From the NCBI RefSeq assembly GCF_001194135.2, contig NC_068988.1, positions 36,210,838 through 36,252,627 of the forward strand: a DNA stretch of 41,790 nucleotides. The letters are read 5' to 3'. The position numbers and the translations under genes are program-made. Shown here one piece after another: positions 1 to 9,709 of the stretch; within the stretch, counting starts at the first letter, position 1, and every line of letters starts with the position of its first letter. The DNA is from Octopus bimaculoides (Eukaryota). Under the pieces are notes generated by a model, which was not told where the DNA came from, did no database searches, and saw only the letters and a list, made by a program, of their open reading frames with translations.

Positions 1-22
1 TATATATATATATATATATATA
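1..22. repeat. (TA)n microsatellite
   Basis: Direct reading; truncated by the window start. Confidence 0.95.
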
Positions 23-813
23 TTTATCTTGATTAGATTAAAGGCTACATTGCCGCAAGGAGGTAGATGTTGACGCAAAGAGGATTCAATCAGAATATGT
101 GCGGTACAATATGAGGGGTATATAAATGTAGGGAGAATTAAGTATTAGAAAAGGGAAAGAAAGAAGAGAAAGATGAAATAAATAATAAAATAAAATAAAC
201 CATAGCAAAGTGAGAGGAAGGAGGAATTGGGCAGGTCAGTAGTATATAATATAGTAGTTAGCTTAAACACAGAATTTAATAGTGGGATTGGCATTTGAAG
301 GGAAGATAAATTGGAGGGTAGAGGGAGGAGAGATATTTTGTTCTTGGAGGAGAATGAAAGTGTATATAAATAAAGCAAGGTAGAGTGGGAGATTCAAGCA
401 TGGCTAGTAAATGTCTGTAGTCGAGTGGTTGCTATGGCCGAAAGACACAAATTGGTACAAAAAAGGGGGGAAATGACGTATGAAGTGGTGGAGGTGTATG
501 TAAGCGTATGTATTTTTGGGGTTCCGGGTGAAGAGGGAGTAGAAATATAAAGAGGGAAGAATATTTTAGGTAGAAAATATTGTCGGTTTAATACAAAGTG
601 GTAGTGTGGGTGGTAGCGTGGGTGAGTGGAATATATATGTATGTGTATGTATGTGTGTGTGAGTAAGACGGAGACAAGACTGAGGTGGGGTTGTAATTAT
701 TTGCATTTTGAGAATAGATTAATTGCCGATGTTTTCAGGTGATTATTATACTACTTTAATTCTGTTTGCGACAAGTACTTTCCTGCGACAATGTAGCCTA
801 ATGTAATCAAGTT

Positions 814-907
814 ATCCTTGGCCTGAAGAGTAGCCGGCGGTATACACCTCGCTTGGATTATTCCTCTTCTCAGGTCCCACTCGCTATGAAACATATGTAG
901 CCCGGAT
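814..907 (+). ncRNA. Type I minimal hammerhead ribozyme motif, long stem II
   Basis: Stem I atcc-tt-ggc (814-822) pairs with gcc-c-ggat (900-907). Core CTGAAGA 823-829. Stem II gtagc (830-834)/gctat (883-887) closes a ~48-nt insert. GAAA 888-891, palindromic stem III CATATG 892-897, cleavage triplet GTA 897-899. Confidence 0.75.
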
Positions 908-1551
908 TTTGCTTACTCCACTCCGTAAATCTTGTGTATTCTTTTTCGCACAGTCGGCAGCCCTCGTCGCCTGCCGTGGAATATAAAAAGAACATTTTTT
1001 TCTAGTCATCGTTCTCCGATAAAGACAAATAACCCGCAATATTCCATCTCAATAAACCACTATTTTTCCTGCAAGTTGTTTTTTTATATATATATATTTT
1101 CTTCAGATAGGTCGAAGCTTTCTTCCTACACCTACTACATACATACATACACACATACCTACATAATCTTACATATCTATTTTGTAGTGAATGTGCATAT
1201 TTATTCTTACACAATGCACATATTTGTGGAGGAATTAGCTCTTTATCAGCCGTATTATTGTGTTTAGAGAATGTGTATTTCAAAATGTCCTATAAATTGA
1301 GTTCTTATATATTACAAATGTGTTAATATTATAAAGGTTTCCAGTTTTTCGTCTACGTACAGTGATAAGTTCTATTGTACAGTTATCCAAGAATTGGTGA
1401 CTACATCGATATTTGAATGTGGAATTAAACGGACTATTGTTATCAGGAAAACGGTGATATGTATTTTTCCAGCAACCGAGTTATTGTTGATAATGGAGGG
1501 AATTGAACAGAATGCAATTGTTGCTGGTAATGATATTTACTACCAAAATCC

Positions 1552-1554
<3 letters not shown>

Positions 1555-1615
<61 letters not shown>
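1555..1615. repeat. Compound (GA)n-(GACA)n microsatellite
   Basis: Direct reading. Confidence 0.95.
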
Positions 1616-1616
<1 letters not shown>

Positions 1617-2051
1617 CACGGACAGACAAAGAGCTTTCATTTTGTAACTTTTCTTTACCTATAACATTCCTAACTTTTCGTACAGGCGGTATTTAGTCTA
1701 GATTATTAAATCAACTTCGTCTAGTTAAAAGTATTTTTCTTCCGACAAAATTTTCTTTCTAGTAAATTCATTTGAATTCAAGTAGGATAAATGAAACTTT
1801 TAACGGTCTGCAAATTGAGTTAAGCTTAAATATTTTTTTTATATTTTCATACGGTTTCTAATCAAAAATGTTTTCCACCCGAAGGTATTAATTCTTGTTT
1901 CTCTATAATTAAGCAGCATTCAAGTATTTTGTTGAAGTATTTAAAAAAAAAAAATTATCACCTTTCATTTTGAATTTTAAATGTATACATGAAGCTAGTT
2001 CCTCATATCTGTATCATATAAAGCACCTTAAGACAAACGATGACCGTCAAA

Positions 2052-2244
2052 ATGTCAGCAATTTTAGGGGAGAGGATAAGACAAATACATCGACCAAATA
2101 TTCAATTGGTACTTATTTCATCGATCACGAAAGGATAAAAGGTAAAGACGACCTCGGTGGAATTTTAACTAAGAACAAGAAGATGGATGAAATGTCGCTA
2201 AGCATTTCGTTCAGTTTGCCAACGATCCTACCAGCTTGCCGCCT
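2052..2244 (-). mobile_element. tRNA-derived SINE, family A, copy 1
   Basis: Reverse complement begins aggcggcaagctggtaggatcgttggc and aligns with the plus-strand copies at 2278-2990. Confidence 0.8.
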
Positions 2245-2277
2245 AATGAATTGTTTAATACTAATCACATCCTTCTA

Positions 2278-2299
2278 AGGTGGTGAACTGGCAGAATCG

Positions 2300-2356
<57 letters not shown>

Positions 2357-2515
2357 TATATGCTTAGCGGCATGTCGTCCATCTTTACGTTCTGAATATA
2401 AATTCCACCGTGGTCGACTCTGCCTTTCATCTTTTCAGGGACGATAAAATAAGTTCCAGTTAAACATTGAGTTCAACGTAATAAACTTCCACTCTCCCTC
2501 AAAATCTCTGGCGTT
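2278..2515 (+). mobile_element. tRNA-derived SINE, family A, copy 2, interrupted by (TA)n
   Basis: aggtggtgaactggcagaatcgtta-[(TA)n 2301-2360]-tgcttagcggc...aaattccaccgtggtcgactctgcctttcatc...gataaaataagttccagt; homologous to the neighbouring copies. Confidence 0.85.
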
Positions 2516-2551
2516 TTGTAAAAATTTGAAATCTATATTAATCACATTCTA

Positions 2552-2755
2552 AGGCGGCGAGCTGGCAGAATCGTTAGCACGCCGGTTAAAATGCTCAACG
2601 GCATTTCGTCCGTCCCTACTTTTTGAAATTCAATTGCGAACTAGGTCGCCTTCACCTTTCAACATTTCTTGGTCGATAAAATATGTACCACCTGAGAACC
2701 GTGGTTGATATAATCGACTAGCCCCTTCACCCCTGAACTTACTGAACTTGTGCCA
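2552..2755 (+). mobile_element. tRNA-derived SINE, family A, copy 3
   Basis: aggcggcgagctggcagaatcgttagcacgccgg head (A-box-like); body aligns with the other copies. Confidence 0.85.
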
Positions 2756-2785
2756 ATATTTGAGACCAATATCAATGACACAATT

Positions 2786-2990
2786 AGGCAGCGAGCTAGC
2801 AGGATCGTTAGCACGCTGGGCACAATGCTTAGCGGTATTTTGTCCGTCTTTATGTTCTGAGTTCAAATTCCTCCTGGGTCGACTTTGTTTTTCAGCCCTT
2901 TCGAGCCGATAAAACAAGTACCAGTTGAGTACTGGGATAGTTTTAATTGACTCACCCCGTCCCACCAAAGAAATTGTTGGTTTTGTGTGT
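2786..2990 (+). mobile_element. tRNA-derived SINE, family A, copy 4
   Basis: aggcagcgagctagcaggatcgttagcacg head, B-box-like gagttcaaattcc, then gtcgactttg...gataaaacaagtaccagttgagtactggg. Confidence 0.85.
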
Positions 2991-4084
2991 CAGTATATGA
3001 AGCCAATATGAATCACCTCCTAGGCTGAAGTTTTAATAATCTTATGGTTGCGAGAAGCAAATAACACAAACCTATCACATAGCAACTAGTCGATATTTGT
3101 CAAAAATATTGGTTTTATATTTATGAAGAATGTATATACACTAACAGCTCTTCTGTAATGGAGCTTATAGCAAAGACACACTTTTATGCGTCTCTTTTGG
3201 TGTTGCTTGGCAAAATTGAAAACGATGCTAATTACGATATGATTCACTTCTATCCATATCGGAAACAGGTGTTTTCTCTAATTGCATAGCAATTACATGA
3301 ATTCTTATTGAATTAGTAACTGCAAAACTACTGTATGCTATAACATTGATAATATTCACAGTTTACGTTATACTTTATAATTTTCTTGTTATACATCACC
3401 TTTCATTGATGTTGTTGGTGATGTAGGTATGTTCAGACATGCTGATAACCGACAAAATCTAGAATAAAGTGTTCTTCCCTGTGGCACAAGGAAGAAATAA
3501 ACTACTTATTGAATGATTGAAAATGCAGTGACATTAATATATAGTTTAGAGATTGGGATGTATGAGAACAATGAAAGGTTTATTGAGTCAGTCGAAAATA
3601 TTGGAGAAAGACAACGGGCAAATAAACGCATTTTTTCCCACAAACTAGTGCATTGAAATGGTCAGCCATCCTCCACCAAATGTGCACTTCATATCTGGAC
3701 CTTAGTGAAACCAATCAAATATCTAAAGCGGGGCCTGTCTCTCATGTCTCCGTTTCAGATCTCTGTGTTTGTGGGTTGAGAGCCACTCCGAAATAGATGC
3801 ATCCCACAACCTGATTAGGTGGCACTGTGAGCTGTCTCAACGTTTTTACACCTATTTGTCTACAATCAGAAACTTAATCTATGACAAAACAAAGTGAATG
3901 GCTTTCTTACGGATTCAAATTTTCCTCAAGCATATTTGAACTGGTAACAAGAATGTATTTAAAGAGAAGATAATTCTGAAGCGGATACAGAATTGCATGC
4001 ATGAATATTTTCAAAGAAAATTTGCGAGTTGACTTCAATTGCTGTGAAAGTGCATACCTTATGATGAAGTACGAATGTACTATA

Positions 4085-4335
4085 GCAGTAGTCTTTCACA
4101 TTGTTCACCGACCGACCTTTCCCCTAAAAAAATTCGATCTGATACACAAATTATTTTCATCCTGAAACTTATAAAAAATGCACACATTAAGCGCATCTTT
4201 ACTAAATTTCGCATGTAAAAATAGCATCTTATACAACGGAAAATACGATACACATCGAGGGTTAACTGTTTGGGGGTTGTCCTCAGAGGTAATTGTTCTT
4301 GGGGGATTATTGTCCATGTGGGTAAATGTCCTAGA
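4085..4335. mobile_element. Possible short non-autonomous DNA transposon (MITE-like) remnant
   Basis: Right side has reiterated ggg(g)gtaattgt(c/t)ct-type motifs (4259-4332); left side has a loosely inverted ccgaccgacctttcccc motif. No TSD is visible. Confidence 0.3.
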
Positions 4336-4489
4336 CGCATCTCGACTGACTGGTATTCCACTACACGTCCATTTGGCGAGTACCATCTCTCCAGCAAAGT
4401 TTCGTCATTACTTTTCAGTCACATTCAGTGGCTGACCCCTCTTAACTTTTGACTGAAAATTCTTTAAGTTAACGTTTGCTTGACGATGT

Positions 4490-5613
4490 TGAACACCAAT
4501 TGAGAGTAACCACCGTCTCAGCCTGGTTCCAATAAAACCCTTACATCTAAGTTCTACAGGAATGTTTGCTGCTCTTTAACAAACTTCCATACTGTCTTCC
4601 AGTTGCAACACATAACGCCCGTCTTTCCTAAACTGGGCTGCGTCTAAATTGGCTTTGTGGTGAACAGTTATTTCAACAAGATGTATTATCTTGCGTTCCT
4701 CGCACCATATTGTCATATCCAGCTTATTCATTATTGGTATTGGAAGGAGGCGTTCACACACTATAAGATACGCTGCTATTTCTTATACTTCGCCCCAGTT
4801 CTCGTTACTTACTATTTTCTTCTGTTTCGGCTAGACTTCTTCAGTTTGACTATTTACTGCCATCCTTCTGCTGATTTTTGTCCTCCGTGATTCCCCCTAT
4901 CTACTTCTTCGCGGCAGTATAAATAATTTTGACTGATTTATTGTTCCGCTAGGTGCACCTTTCCACTGAGGAGTTAGATAAGATATGCCTTATATGCCAC
5001 ATCTATATTTGTCGTTATTTGCTATTTCTATTTCAGGAGACTGTGTAGGAATTGCAGCACGCCGTAGGGGGCCTTAGGAAGGAAATTTAACCGTGATGTA
5101 CTCCACCACCAGATGTCATCCCAACCCATTTTTCTTTCAAACCTTTTCTTCCTATTTGAACATCTGACCTTCTGTTCTCTTTTCTCTGTTTCTCTCATTT
5201 TAACATGGCTTCTAACTGCGGCACTGCCTCGCCCTTCTCTGTTTCATTGTGGAAAATGATTACAACCAATCCACTTCCAGTCACTTTGAAATGTTCCAGC
5301 TATATCCCAGTGTTCCAGTGATGTTCGTACGGCATCTGTTTCTTTCTCTGCACAACCGTCTCGTGCAACTTTGACATATGACAGATTATCCCGAATTTCT
5401 ACATTTTGGGGCACCCTTCGCAACATAACTGTTCGCACCTTTCCAACTTGGTAGTTCTGCTAAAGGTAGTTGAAGAGATCCTATTTTCCGACAGAGTGCT
5501 GAACTGTTAATTGTTTGAAGTAGACCAAATCATCTTCTGATATAGACACTGCTCAATGATCTCTACTCTAGACCGTGCTGTGTCATTTATAAGCAGGGCC
5601 AAGCACTACGGGG
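4490..5613 (-). mobile_element. HERO-like RLE non-LTR retrotransposon remnant, C-terminal part
   Basis: Broken frames translate to PRSAWPCL, IRR*FGLLQTINSSALCRKIGSLQLPLAE, *ISFL and KLDMTIWCEERKIIHLVEITVHHKANLDAAQFRKDGRY...PVELRCKGFIGTRLRRWLLSIG. These match my recollection of HERO-clade thumb and restriction-like endonuclease motifs (LPRVLWPLL, LRRWLGLP..LNS..L....LQLPF, RPD..ELTVP..RK..KY, PVEVGCRGF). Confidence 0.75.
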
Positions 5614-5789
5614 GGTTCTAGGTTAATTCCACCGCGGTAAATTCCACCACGGAGAATTCCACCAGGTAAATTCACCATAGGTAAATTCCACCACGGTATG
5701 TTCCATCATGGTAACTTCCACCCATGGAGAGACTTACAATATAAGCAGCTCTCACTAATGGTCACCGGGGTTAGTTTCTATAGACCGTG

Positions 5790-6330
5790 GGTCAATGCCT
5801 ATTTTATTTAATGTCTCTCCCTTTTGCAAAAATAATCTGTCTATTACTGTTTCTTTTCTTTCGTGGTCAAATATTGTAATATCGGCTTTATTGTCTTCTA
5901 TATGGTCTGGTGTCATTACTGGGCTATCTACTAAAATTTTAACCTTTTCTCTTGTTACCTTTCCTACACGTTTCTGAATTTCTGGGTCTTTTTTATATGT
6001 TATATTGCTGTAGTAGCTTCACAAAGATTATCCTTGTTATCTCATCATGACTCTCTTTATATTTCATGTGTGCTATTTTTCTGCATTATATTGCCATATG
6101 TTCGATATTTCCTTTGTGGTTTTACAATATCTGCAATGCCTTTTTTCTTCCATAGTAGTTGTTTCTGTCTTGTAAATACTGTATAATATTTTTATCTATC
6201 ACTGAGTATTTGCTTTGTTTTATAAATTTCAATGAGTCTCTTTTTGATACTGCTTCCTCACTCAGCTGTTTAAAAAATATTCACCGCGTACTTCTTTGTG
6301 TGACCGGTCCTTAATTATTCTTTCTTCTTC
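5790..6330 (-). mobile_element. Old R4/Dong-like RLE retrotransposon fragment (zinc-knuckle to endonuclease region)
   Basis: Translates to NIEHMAI*CRKIAHMKYKESHDEITRIIFVKLLQQY and, after a frameshift, KVKILVDSPVMTPDHIEDNKADITIFDHERKETVID, matching R4-type HI..C..LA..YK.RHD..IIH..L and KILWD..TD..NKPDI..D motifs. Confidence 0.65.
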
Positions 6331-6405
6331 GTATTTTTTATATGCATTGACATTATTGATATTATTTTTTATGCAATATTTTTTATTTCCGTAATATCGT
6401 AACCC

Positions 6406-6408
<3 letters not shown>

Positions 6409-6495
<87 letters not shown>

Positions 6496-6512
6496 TGATA
6501 ATGATAATAATG

Positions 6513-6560
<48 letters not shown>
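6409..6560. repeat. (TAA)n microsatellite, about 50 units with TGA interruptions
   Basis: Direct reading. Confidence 0.95.
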
Positions 6561-6929
6561 GCGAACTGATTACTATCTAGTTCAGATACCAGGAAACCCC
6601 AAAATGGCTGAAGTTCAAAATATAGTGCTCATGGGAACTGCCCATATCCTACGTAAAATACTGTCTATATGATCTCAAATTTTAAAACAAACATAATTTT
6701 TTATGGTTTCTTAAACATTCTCTAGAACAACACTATGTACAAATCCAAATATATGGTACCCTAGGCATAACACCTACATGAATTTCTAACTTGTTGTCTC
6801 TTGAGGTCTCTGGGTGAGACTTGGATCCAACTTGTACAAATGCAAAGCAAAAGTCAAACATAAAATAATAATAATAATAATGATAATAATAAAATTAATA
6901 ATAATAATAATAATAATAATAATGATAAT
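6561..6929 (+). mobile_element. 5'-truncated R4/Dong-like element: ORF end, 3' UTR and (TAA)n tail
   Basis: 6586-6672 translates to IPGNPKMAEVQNIVLMGTAHILRKILSI*, the typical R4-clade C-terminus (QK..LLGTAHILRK.L). About 190 nt of UTR follows, then (TAA)n at 6861-6929. Confidence 0.8.
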
Positions 6930-6985
6930 TTCACCTATGGTCAAATTTACCTGGTGGAATTTTCCGTGGTGGAATTTATCGGTCA

Positions 6986-7395
6986 CAGTATGAGGATATA
7001 AGTCAACATACAAACAGGATCTTGTATTTTCCGCAGCTTTGCCATGTCTATAAATGCCCCAGCATCTATCAGACAACGAGTTAATATATCCTCACCCTAA
7101 GCTTTCTATGGTTTTGTGTTTAACGATTGGAACGATCTATTTTCAGATTCCTTCATTTCTGCTGACCGTTAACTAAAGTCACACTGCGTCATTTGTTTGC
7201 CCTGCATTGCAGAACTGGTTGTATTATGTTTTGGTCTCTTATCAATATAGTTATGGTGCCCATAAATGTCTTCTTTGGCGATCTTACGTTAACCATTTCT
7301 TCCGAGCAGTTTGCTGATCTAATTAGCATCTCTATCAAAACGACAAACCTCCTGACCGATATTGTGCAACCTGCGCCAGTCCGTTGTAAAATTTT
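6986..7395 (-). mobile_element. HERO-like RLE non-LTR retrotransposon remnant, RT part
   Basis: Translates to GAGCTISVRRFVVLIEMLIRSANC...SPKKTFMGTITIL...K*RSVTLVNG...IVPIVKHKTIESLG*GYINSLSD, comparable to HERO GCTISV.LF, PIRAFMDDLT, KSRS.VL.KG and PVKSLG..FD.SL.D. Colinear with 4490-5613. Confidence 0.7.
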
Positions 7396-7396
7396 C

Positions 7397-7503
7397 TATA
7401 CATACATACATACATACATACATACATACATACATACATACATACATACATGCATACATACATGCATACATATATACTTACATACACACACATACATACA
7501 TGT
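7397..7503. repeat. (ACAT)n microsatellite
   Basis: Direct reading. Confidence 0.9.
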
Positions 7504-7515
7504 GCTTTAAATATA

Positions 7516-8173
7516 TATAGCGTCATCCCATAAATAATGCGGTTTTTTCAATTGCATGAACTAAAAGTTGGAGGGGGACGGGATAAACTACCTGTAACAG
7601 CATGCTATAAAAGGTGGTATTAATTTTACCTTGGCCTTATTCTTAGTGCAAGTTTTGAAGACTGCAGTTCGAATTTAACAGTTATTTTTTCAAAGCTATA
7701 ATGAAAGTGGCAAAGGAGTATAGTCGGTATATTGTGCTTTATGAGTTCAATAAAAGTAACAAAGCAACGAAAAGTGCGAGGAACATTAATGCAGTATATG
7801 GAGATAGGACAATAAGCATAACCCAGTGTCAACATTGTTTTTAGAAATTTCGAACCGGAAACTACTGCCTAGAAGACGAGCTTCGTTCTGAAAGATCTAT
7901 AGAGTTCTTCGAGGACATCCTGTAAACCCCGGTGAAATAAAATCCCATCGTAACTGTTGAGGAACTAGCAGAGAAGCTTGGATTTGGTCATTCAACCCTT
8001 CATCGAAACTGCCATCGGAAAAGTCGGCAAATTAGATCAATTCATCGCAAAATTTCCGAGTCTAATCACGCGCAGAGAGTGAATGAGTGTTCTTCTTTGC
8101 TATCACGTCTCATAAATGAACCTTTTTTGGCCCGAATAGTGACTGGTAACGAGAAATGGGTTTTCTATAAAAT
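7516..8173 (+). mobile_element. Mariner transposon remnant, 5' half
   Basis: TIR-like tagcgtcatcccataaataatgcgg follows a TA run. ATG at 7701 gives MKVAKEYSRYIVLYEFNKSNKATKSARNINAVYG...KFRTGNYCLEDE...VTVEELAEKLG...EPFLARIVTGNEKWVFY (HTH domains and degenerate TGDEKW motif), with stops and frameshifts. Confidence 0.9.
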
Positions 8174-9660
8174 TCAATGGGTAATGAGGGTAGCGGTATT
8201 GTTTCGGAAAGGTCTCAAAATAAGCTCAGTCTTCTTGGACCCAGAAGGTAAGCTGGTGATCCTGGACGTGAATGGTAGTAACAATGGGGTCTTCATACTG
8301 GTGGTTGTTTACGCAACGACAGGTGCAGGATAGTCGGAATAGTTCATGCGTCTGGAGTTCTTCCTGGGTACGTCCATACCATTAGTATTAGTGGGTGATT
8401 TCAACGCCATCGTAGATGTACAATTGGTTTGTGTGGGTCTAGCCGATAGGAAAGGGGGTTGCAAAAGCCTTGCAAACCTGCTCAGACACTTTCAACAGTC
8501 TGACAAGTACCGACTGGATTTCCCAGATATGTCAATGTTGACATGGTTAAACCACATCGGAACATCCAGACTGTATCTCAATAGAGTATTTTGCAGGTCT
8601 TTAGATAGGGACAGTATTTCAAATCATCAGTTCCACAGATCACAAATTGATGGCCTGCAAGGTTGATTTAGCATAGGTAAACAGATCTCCGACTAATGGA
8701 GGCTGAACACGTCACTCCCGGCGTGCCAAGCTTACAGAGACTGGATTAAAGAGAAAATAAAAGGTCGTATAACCTAAAAAGGGTCATTAAAGTAGAATCA
8801 GTCAGATTTAGTAAAGTTTTAGGTATAGGAAAATAGATTAGAGTGCGATTTAGTGAGAAAACTAGAAAAGGCGCTTAGGAAAGGCATTGCAACTGACGTG
8901 GTGGTAGCGAGGTTGGCCCTCAATGAACACTTCAACGTCAAGCACGAAGGTTGCATTGTCAGAGCTAAGGCACATGCTCTGAGACAAGAGGGAACCAAAG
9001 CTGCCTGATGGGACCAGGTGGCTGAGGCGCAAAATTGCAACGAAAACACCATTCGGTCTTTGGTCGACCAAAAAGGGCGCATGGTGAACGAACCGGAGAA
9101 TATGTGTGCGATTTATCAGTAGCATTTTGCTGAATTGTTCGGGACGATCGGTGGGCCAGATCGCAGGATTGATTTCACTGCCTACCTCGATGGCCTGCCA
9201 TGATTATCAGCAAGATATGTCGAGAGGTGCAAAAGGCTGATAACTATTGAGGAGATACGAGATAATGGTCAGCACGGGAGAGGAGGGGGAAAATCGTCGG
9301 GATTAGGTGCTCTGTCCTACGAGCATTTTTCGACTATGCCAGAATTGTTTGCAAACCTCTTGGCAGATATCTAGTGCAACTGGCAACATAATTAGAGAAT
9401 TACCAAATCTGTGAGACGACTAGCAGTGCTACTGAATACAAAGCATCGAAACAAGATAATTTTGTGTCCATCACTCTGCTGAATGCAGACATGAAATTTT
9501 GGCCAACGTGTTGGTGAGGAAGTTGGCACCAGTCGTCGACAAACTGGTTGGAGATGCACAAGCATGCGCCGTTCCAAACAGGACCATTCACGACAACCTC
9601 CACTTCATGCGCTACATTGTGGATAGGGTAGTTAAGAAACCTGGCATGGGTGGAGATTTG
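8174..9660 (+). mobile_element. L1/Tx1-clade non-LTR retrotransposon fragment (APE, linker and start of RT)
   Basis: DPEGKLVILDV..VVVYA, LVLVGDFNAIVD, LTW..RLYLNRVF (APE); WRLNTSL near 8697; LNADMKF..ANVL..KL..V..LV..Q.CAVPNRTIHDNL..MR (RT domains 2/2a). Many stops. Confidence 0.88.
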
Positions 9661-9709
9661 TTCGTACCATGTTTTTGTTCGTACCATGTTTATGTTCGTA
9701 CCATGTTTT
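9659..9709. repeat. 17-bp unit tgttcgtaccatgttt(t/a) in three tandem copies
   Basis: Units at 9659-9675, 9676-9692 and 9693-9709. Confidence 0.95.

Larger units (their letters stand above)
5614..6985. mobile_element. Insert bounded by inverted arrays of a ggtaaattccacc(ac) motif; putative non-autonomous DNA transposon
   Basis: The left array (5621-5724) has about 7 motif copies. The right array (6928-6981, cctatggtcaaatttacctggtggaattttccgtggtggaatttatc) is the reverse complement of about 5636-5682. The insert interrupts the HERO-like frame; no TSD is visible. Confidence 0.65.

Noticed and set aside
23-780. Purine-rich region upstream of the first hammerhead as a Penelope ORF or UTR
   Set aside because: No RT or GIY-YIG motif is recognisable; the association rests on proximity alone. 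The acaatgtagcc at 789-799 resembles the ribozyme 3' end but is too short to call a tandem copy.
3480-3960. Possible decayed transposase (MVSHPPP) or exon
   Set aside because: Only a faint resemblance to the mariner HPPYSPD motif, with stops in all informative frames.
8079-8333. In-frame mariner transposase / L1 endonuclease chimeric ORF
   Set aside because: Only 84 codons, with both parents broken by stops on either side; an in-frame junction is a one-in-three chance event.
9659-9709. Short direct repeats as a CRISPR array
   Set aside because: Units are contiguous with no spacers, derive from retrotransposon coding sequence, and the context is eukaryotic with no cas genes.
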